From the human T2T-CHM13v2.0 reference genome, Homo sapiens: a stretch of DNA of 64,000 nt. The stretch lies in the NCBI RefSeq assembly GCF_009914755.1, contig NC_060927.1; one strand, given 5' to 3'. Each line of letters begins with the position of its first letter. The first letter of the stretch is position 1. The notes beneath the pieces are model-generated. The model made no database searches. It saw nothing but the letters and a program-made list of their open reading frames with translations, and was not told the DNA's origin. The translations under genes were made by a program, and so were the position numbers. Shown piece after piece: positions 56,858 through 64,000 of this stretch.

Positions 56858-59146
56858 GAAAACTTATGTTTTTAAAAACAGAAAAAATTAATCTCTGTGT
56901 ATGTTTTTCTTTCATTGAAATGCCAGTTTATAATCTCTGTCAATATATTTTTATAATATTTTAAATTAATTTTTGAAATAAATATTGTCAAGGAATGACT
57001 GAGATCTTTGCTAGGTGGGTCTAGAATTGATTTACTCTTAAAGAACACTCTCTATATATAACTACACTACATCTTCCGCTACAGCTACAGCTACATCTAG
57101 AGCTACATCTGTATCTACTATATATGCAAATATAATTTATTTTCATTTGCTAAATTATTGACTAAATTAAATTATCCTCAACTATATTTTCTCTGTTGTA
57201 ATTATTAATGTCATGAAATATCTATTTTAAATAGTTAGAGCTTCTTCACATAATTAAACAGCATGATATTATTTATTGTCAGTGTGGACTCAACCATTAA
57301 TAGCTACAATTACAAACTTACATTCTCCTAGAATTAGCTTTTATATTTCTCATTTTTATTATATTTAAATTACATTCAAAAGAGTAATCAACAAATCATT
57401 ACATACTGCATGTTGATTATAGTCTATTTTAAGTCCTTGGTGTATAGTTTAGTTAGGTTTTGGGAGTATATGATTAATTAAGATACAAGCCATGTTTTGT
57501 AACTTCTTTAGTATAGGCAAGTATTTTAGAATTTGAGACAAAAGCAAACATTTTACCTGAAACATTGGCTTACTATTTCTCTATGGTTTTAATAACTTGA
57601 TTTCAGAGGTCAAAGGCAATACAAATAAATATTTACAAACAATTGATATTTGTAACAACTTTTTGTATGTTTCTCTAACATTGCCTTGGAAAATTTATAT
57701 ACCTGCATTTCTAACAGTTTTAACATTAGTAACATGTGCTTTCCATTGTGGTGGTAGGACACCTGTTCATATTCTGGATGTTATCATTACCAGCAGCAGT
57801 TGCACATCTTCCAGAGTTATGAATTAAATCACTCCCTGTCCAACCACAATTTCTGATCCTTCCAGCTCATTCATGCATTTAGACCCGTGATCAAGATTCC
57901 CTTGTTTCTGGTGCTCTTCTGTTTTCATATCCCTCATTCTTGCTTATGTAGGTTAAAGGCATGCATCAATATACATTACAAATATTTATTTCTCTTTGCC
58001 TGTAGTCTCTCAAAGCATTGCACCTTCATGGAAAGAATACAAATTGTCAATGATAGGTGTACTCAAACACACATTTTCTTTGACTTTTCTTATACAACTA
58101 AACATAGTGGAAGCAAGGCACAAACTTTTTCCAACTGATGTAATTATAAGTTAATGGCTGTCAACTGCAAAGGAATTCTTAAATTATCCTAGGCCACATG
58201 GCATTGGGATGAGGAGAAAGGCAGAATCCTTCATGAGATACTGGAGACTGATTGGAGTAAGAGGACTATACATACTAGAGTTTGCAGTAGCCCAGTACAG
58301 AGTCCTTGTGGAGTACGGAGGGCATTTTGATGAGGAAACAAATTAATATAAAGTGTTGAAGTCAAACCAGCGTGAGGAGGGCATACATCAAGAATGATGG
58401 CTTTTATGGCAGGTGTCAGATCAGAGCCATAAGGAGGTAAAGACCACCTGCATATGGGGTGAGCAGAGGTCCTGTGGGAATACTGGAGCCAAGCAATATA
58501 ACCCCTCCATATTTATTCTAGTTTCCTCCATCTTCAAATCTATCACTCCCTCTGTGGTAAAGAAAAATTTAGCTCCCAGTTTCTTCCAAATTTGTATATA
58601 TTTCATCAATTTGTTAGTATGGATTAAATCTCTTGTAGTGAATAGAGGGTGAAGAGGGGTTTACAGAAAATCAAGAAAGTGGAAAAAATACAATGACTAC
58701 CGAGGTGTTGTGTTGGAGATAATATCACCCACTCACACTTCTACAGTTAAGAAATGCTATCGCTCAAATACCAATTACCTTACATTTAATTTATCGTGAC
58801 ATGATCCAGAGAAATAATTGCTACAATATGTAGACAAGAGTCTGAAAAAAATTACTTGACAGTCTTATGTATTAGTATACAGGAAGAAATGGTATACTTA
58901 GACTATTTATGGTTAGCCACAGCAGAATGTCTTCATTGATCATGAGATTTGTCTGATTCACTTTTTTTGCAAATTCATTTATTATAGCAACTTCATTTTC
59001 ATTGATATAATTGAGAGCAGTATCAGTTACTTTTGGCAAACACAATATTGTAAATATTTTTTATTTCTATAGGGATTTTTCCAGTGATACAACTTTTACT
59101 GGAGTTAAGTTTACAGGCTGTGACAATGATGAAAAGAATTTTTGAT

Positions 59147-59250
59147 ACTACATATCTATACATCTATACATATATATATACACACACATATACACACACA
59201 CACACATATATATATATACACACACACACACACATATACACAAGTGTATA
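59147..59250. repeat. (TA)n/(CA)n microsatellite at the Alu tail position
   Basis: Seen directly in the sequence; it abuts the antisense AluJ. Confidence 0.9.
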
Positions 59251-59540
59251 TTTTTGGAGACAGGTTCTGGCTCTGTCACCCTGGCCGGTTGTGCAGTGGT
59301 GCCATCTCTACTCACAGCAAATTCCACCTCCCGGACTCAAGCCATCCTCCCAGCTCAGACACCTGAATAGTTGGGACAACAGCTGCACACTACCATATTT
59401 GGCTAATTTTTGTATTATTTGTAGAGATGGGGTTTCCTCATGTTTTTCAGGCAGGTCCTGAACTCTTGAGCTCAAGCGATCCACCCACCTCAGCCTCCCA
59501 AAGTGCTGGGATTCCAAGGAATGAACCACCATGCCTGGCC
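59251..59540 (-). mobile_element. AluJ, antisense
   Basis: 'cctgaactcttgagctcaagcgatccacccacctcagcctcccaaagtgctgggatt' carries J diagnostics; highly diverged. Confidence 0.9.
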
Positions 59541-59639
59541 AGAAATATAATTTTTAATATATCTAGAGCTGATAATTCTCACGGAACAATTTTTCTAAAA
59601 ATATTTAACTCTTAGTTAAATATGCTTAGTGTGTCTAAT

Positions 59640-62230
59640 TTCAATTTTTTATTTTTGAAAATTATTTTAATTTATCTATGGATATGTGATAGATGTACAT
59701 ATTTTGTGGAACACGTGAGAATTTGATATACTCATAAATATTAAATCAAGGTAATCGGCATATCCAGCATCTTCAATAATTATTTTTTTCTCATGCTATG
59801 TACATTCAAATTATTTTCGTCTAGCTCTTTTGAGACGTACAATAGATTATAGTACACTATAGTTATCCTATTAATTTATCAAGCACTAGGTCTTATCTCT
59901 TCTGTCCATTTGTGTATTTGTACCCATTAGTCAGCCTTTCTTCATCATCTGTTTGCCATACACGTCCTAACCTCTGATAACCATCCATCTACTCTCTCTT
60001 CATGATGCCCACCTTCTTAGCTTCCACATATGAGTGAGAACTCATGAGATTTGTCTTTGTTTGCTTGCCTTATTTCGCTTAACATAGTGACCTCCAGTTA
60101 CATCCATCCATCCACGTTGGTACAAATCAGATTTCATTCTTTTCTATGGCTGAATTATATTCCATTGTGTGTGTGAATAATATATATGTATATGTATATG
60201 CCTGCATACCACATTTTCTTTATCCATTCATTCATTGATGGGCACTTAGGTTGATTCCATATTTTTGCTATTGTGATTAGTGCTGCAATAAACATGAGAG
60301 TGTAGATATCTCTCTGATAAACTGATTTGCTTACTTTTAAATATATGCCCAGTAGTGGGATGCTGGATCATGTAATAGCTATATTTTTAGTTTTTTTGAG
60401 GAAGTTCTGTACTGTTTTTCATAGTGGCCGTACAGATTTACATTCCTAGCCACGGTGTATAGGGGTTCCCCTTTCTGTGCATCCTTGACAATATTTGTTA
60501 TTCTCTGCCTTTTTGGTAAAATCAGTTTTAACTAGGGTGAGATGATATCTCATTGTGGTTTTGATATGCATTTCTCTGATGATTGGTGATGTTGAACATT
60601 TTTTATGTATACCTGCTTACTGTCTTGTTTTATATACCTATAGAGCTTGTCTTCTTTGGGAAATATCTGTTCAGATACTTTGTCCAGTTTTTAATGTGTT
60701 TTTTCTTTCTGAGTTATTTCTACTGTTTATTTTTTCTGATTATTAATCCCTTGTCAGATGGATAGTTTGACAATATGTTCTCCCATTCTGTTGGTTGTCT
60801 CTGCACTTATTGATAGTTTGTTTTCCTGTGCAAAAGATTTTTAGCATGATGTAACCCTATTTTTCTATTTTTGCCTTTATTGTTGGTGCTTTTTAAGGTC
60901 TCACCCCCCAAAAATCTTTACCCAGATCACTGTCCTGAAGCATTTTCCCCAATGTTTTCTTCTAGTAGTTTCAGGCCTTAGAGTTAATCCATTTTGATTT
61001 GATTTTTGTACATTGTGAGAAACAGGGTCTAGTTTATTCTTTCGCTTATGATTATCCAATTTTCCCAGCACCATTTATTGAAGATATGATCTTTCCTTAC
61101 TGTATGTTCTTGGCATCTTTGTCAAAAATGAGTTGGCTGCAAATGCATAGATTTGTTTCCGGGTTCTCTATTCCTTTCTATTGGTCTATGTGTCTGTTTT
61201 TATGCTAATACCATGCTGATTAGGTTACTGTAGTTTGGTTACATACATTATATTATATGTAATTCCAGAATTCCATATGCATTACATGATATGTAATTCC
61301 AAAATTTCGTATTTTGAAGTCAGGTTGTTCTTTTCTCTCAGGATTGTTTTGGCTATGTGGTGTTTTTTTCTGGCTCCATATGAATGTTAGGATTTATTTT
61401 TTTCTATTTCTTGTGAAGAATGTCATGGGTATTTTGGTAAGAATTGCACTGGATTTGTAAATTGCCTCTGGTAGTATTGTCATTTTACAATATTAATTCA
61501 TCTAAACCATGAGCATAAAATATATTTTAATTTGTTTGTTTCGTCTTCAATTTCCTTCATTGATGTTTTATAGTTTTTCTTATAGACAGTTTTCACTCTT
61601 TGGTTAAATTTATTGCTAAATATTTGATACTTTTTGTTACTATTGTAAATGGGACTGCTTTATTGATTTCTTTTTCAGATTGTTCATTCACTGTTGGTGT
61701 AAATAAATGCTAGTGATTTTTGTATGTTGATTTCATATCTTACAAGTTTATTGATTCTAACAGATTTTTTTCATGGAATCTTTAGGTTTTTCAAAATATA
61801 AAATTATTACAATTAAATTAATTAAAATTAGTTAAATTAAATTAAATGAAAACAAGGTTACTTCCATTTCTCCGTTTCCAATTTGAATGCCCTTTATTTG
61901 TTTTTCTTGCCTAAGTGCCCTGGCCAGGATTTCCAGTTTGAAGTTGAATAAAATTAGTAAAAGTTGACACCATTGTCTTCTTCCAAATCCTAAAAAAAAG
62001 ACTTTCAATATTTTATCCATTCAGTACGATGTTGGCTATAGATTTGTAATATGGGATATTTATCTTTATGTATGTTTCTTCTGTATTCAATTTGTTGAGG
62101 GCTTTTATCATAAACAGATTTTGAATTTTGAACTTTTTTTCAACATCTATTAGAATGATCATATGGGTGTTGTTCTTTACTCTGTTCATGTGATGTTCTA
62201 CTTTTATTGATTTAGAAATTGATTCATCCA
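59640..62230 (-). mobile_element. L1MA-type LINE-1, 5'-truncated (~2.6 kb)
   Basis: L1MA 3'UTR followed by ORF2 remnants; minus-strand ORFs give ILARALRQEKQIKGIQIG and HMIILIDVEK. Confidence 0.9.
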
Positions 62231-62892
62231 AATATTCCTATAGTGTCATTTCTAAATAATTAACTGTAATGATTTTTAAATCTAATTTTTGTTTCTAAGC
62301 TTGTAATTTGGTTTGCTATGTTGGAGCAGTTTTCAAAACTAAAAATTCTAAACTCTTTAACGAATTCTAATAACTCCTTGATATGTTTATTACAATGTCC
62401 ATGTTTATACTTTTATTTTATTATAATTTACTGATGAAGTTTACTGTCTAAACTGCTAATGTTTTGTCTAATATATCTCCTAAAAATGGACTATTGCTCT
62501 TACAGTCTATTGGCTTTACTTTTACTTTATTTTCTGTTTATAAGAATAACAATTACCTTGGAAAACTTCGGTCACCAATAAAACACAAAAAAGATGACTT
62601 CCTAGCTATAACCACTGCTAATATTTTGCATTAGATTCCATTACATGTATTTTCATATTTTATTTGGGATTATACACTATGTGTTTTCCATGTCATTAAA
62701 TACTGTCTGAAAGCATGACTTTAATAGCTGCATAACATGTCATCAAATTGCTTTAAACCATTTGTATTCATTTCATTTTGGTTTCTTATACCACTTTGGC
62801 ATCATGTGGGAAAAGGGAGATCTTTTGATTTGGTTTTCTGGTATCAGTTTCTCCATTTCTTCATTACTCCACTGCCTTATATTATTTTCAAC

Positions 62893-63506
62893 TGTGGTTA
62901 TGATAGGCAAAATTACAAGACGCCTCTCAAGGTTTCCACCCTTTAGTGTTCATGTCCTGTATAATCACCTCCCATTGAGTGGGAGTAGGGACAGTGAATA
63001 TGATGAAATATCATTAATTAGCTAATTTTAAGTTAATTAGAGGGAGATTACCCTGGTTGGGTCTGACCTGGTTAGGCCTGACCCAATCAGATGAGCCATT
63101 ATAAGAAGGCAAGGCTTGAGAGGGGCTCTCCTGCAGGTCTGAAGATGATGAAGCAAACTGCCATACTTTCAGGGATGTAAGGAACACATCAAGGAACTCT
63201 GGGTGGCCTCTGGAAGCTGAGAGGGGCTCCCAGTTGGCAGCTAGAAAAAAAAATGGGGACTTCAGTCATACAACCACGAGGAAATAAATTCTGTCAAGCA
63301 CCAGGGAGCTTGAAAGAGGCCCCAGACCCTCATATGAGATTGAAGTCCCACCTACCACCTTGACTTCAGGCTGGGGAAACACTGAGGAGGTAACTCAGTT
63401 AACCCAAACTCAGATATCTATATCATGGAAATTGTCAGATAATACAATTTTGTTATATCAACCTGGATTGTGATAATGTATTATACAGCAATATAAAATG
63501 AATACA
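62893..63506 (+). mobile_element. MLT1E/F-like MaLR LTR
   Basis: 'gtataatcacctcccattgagtg...ggtggcctctggaagctgagag...ggggacttcagtcatacaaccacgaggaaataaattctg...cagcaatataaaatgaataca'. Confidence 0.85.
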
Positions 63507-64000
63507 ATTTCTTTCAAATTTCTATCAAAACTGCCCGACTGCAGCAACTGTAGTTTAACAACTGTAGTTAAAATAAGTGTGTCTGTCTCATGGACTTTTA
63601 GATGGGTTACAGTTTCCTGCTGGGAGACATATTTTGCTATAGTTAACACACTCCTGTTTTCAACCATCCTACCAACTTGCGTGTGGTGGCATGCACATTT
63701 GATTAACTACATCATCACAATGTAAACGAATCTTTTGGCTTTTCTCTAAAGGCAATGAGCATAGTTCCACTAGAGTTAGGGAAAAGACCTCATTTTTATG
63801 GTTGAATACTTTTTATACCCATACTTCGACTCTCAACTAAACATCAAAGCTTTTTTAAAAATTTTAATAAAAGGTAAAAGAATAACCAGCAACAGAAATA
63901 ATTCAATTTACTTATGGTGAAAACTAAGAAAGCTAGGAAAATATAAATATTTTATGAGCCTTTTCTAGAAATCGTAAATTCTTCTACTTCACTAATTTGT

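Overview
AT-rich, CpG-depleted primate (most likely human) non-coding DNA, either intergenic or deep intronic. No protein-coding exon or RNA gene can be supported, and every recognisable ORF in the track comes from a repeat. The window is dominated by interspersed repeats: 12 Alus, several L1s (including a 3.6 kb 5'-truncated L1PA with decayed ORF2), L2/MIR, the DNA-transposon MITEs MER5, MER20, MER33, MER53 and MADE1, and many LTR elements. The LTR elements include a complete two-LTR THE1 element, a solo LTR12C, a solo MLT2A, MER31, MER34, MER4-group LTRs and an ancient ERVL dUTPase-region fossil. Repeat subfamily names come from recognition of consensus sequences from memory, not from a RepeatMasker run. 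I found no convincing novel multi-gene system. The most notable signals are: (i) a recent ~174 bp, ~96.5% identical inverted duplication around a 540 bp spacer; (ii) minus-strand LTR promoters (LTR12C, THE1) plus a strong minus-strand candidate exon, which together could form an LTR-driven lncRNA; and (iii) several local template-switch or tandem-duplication scars.
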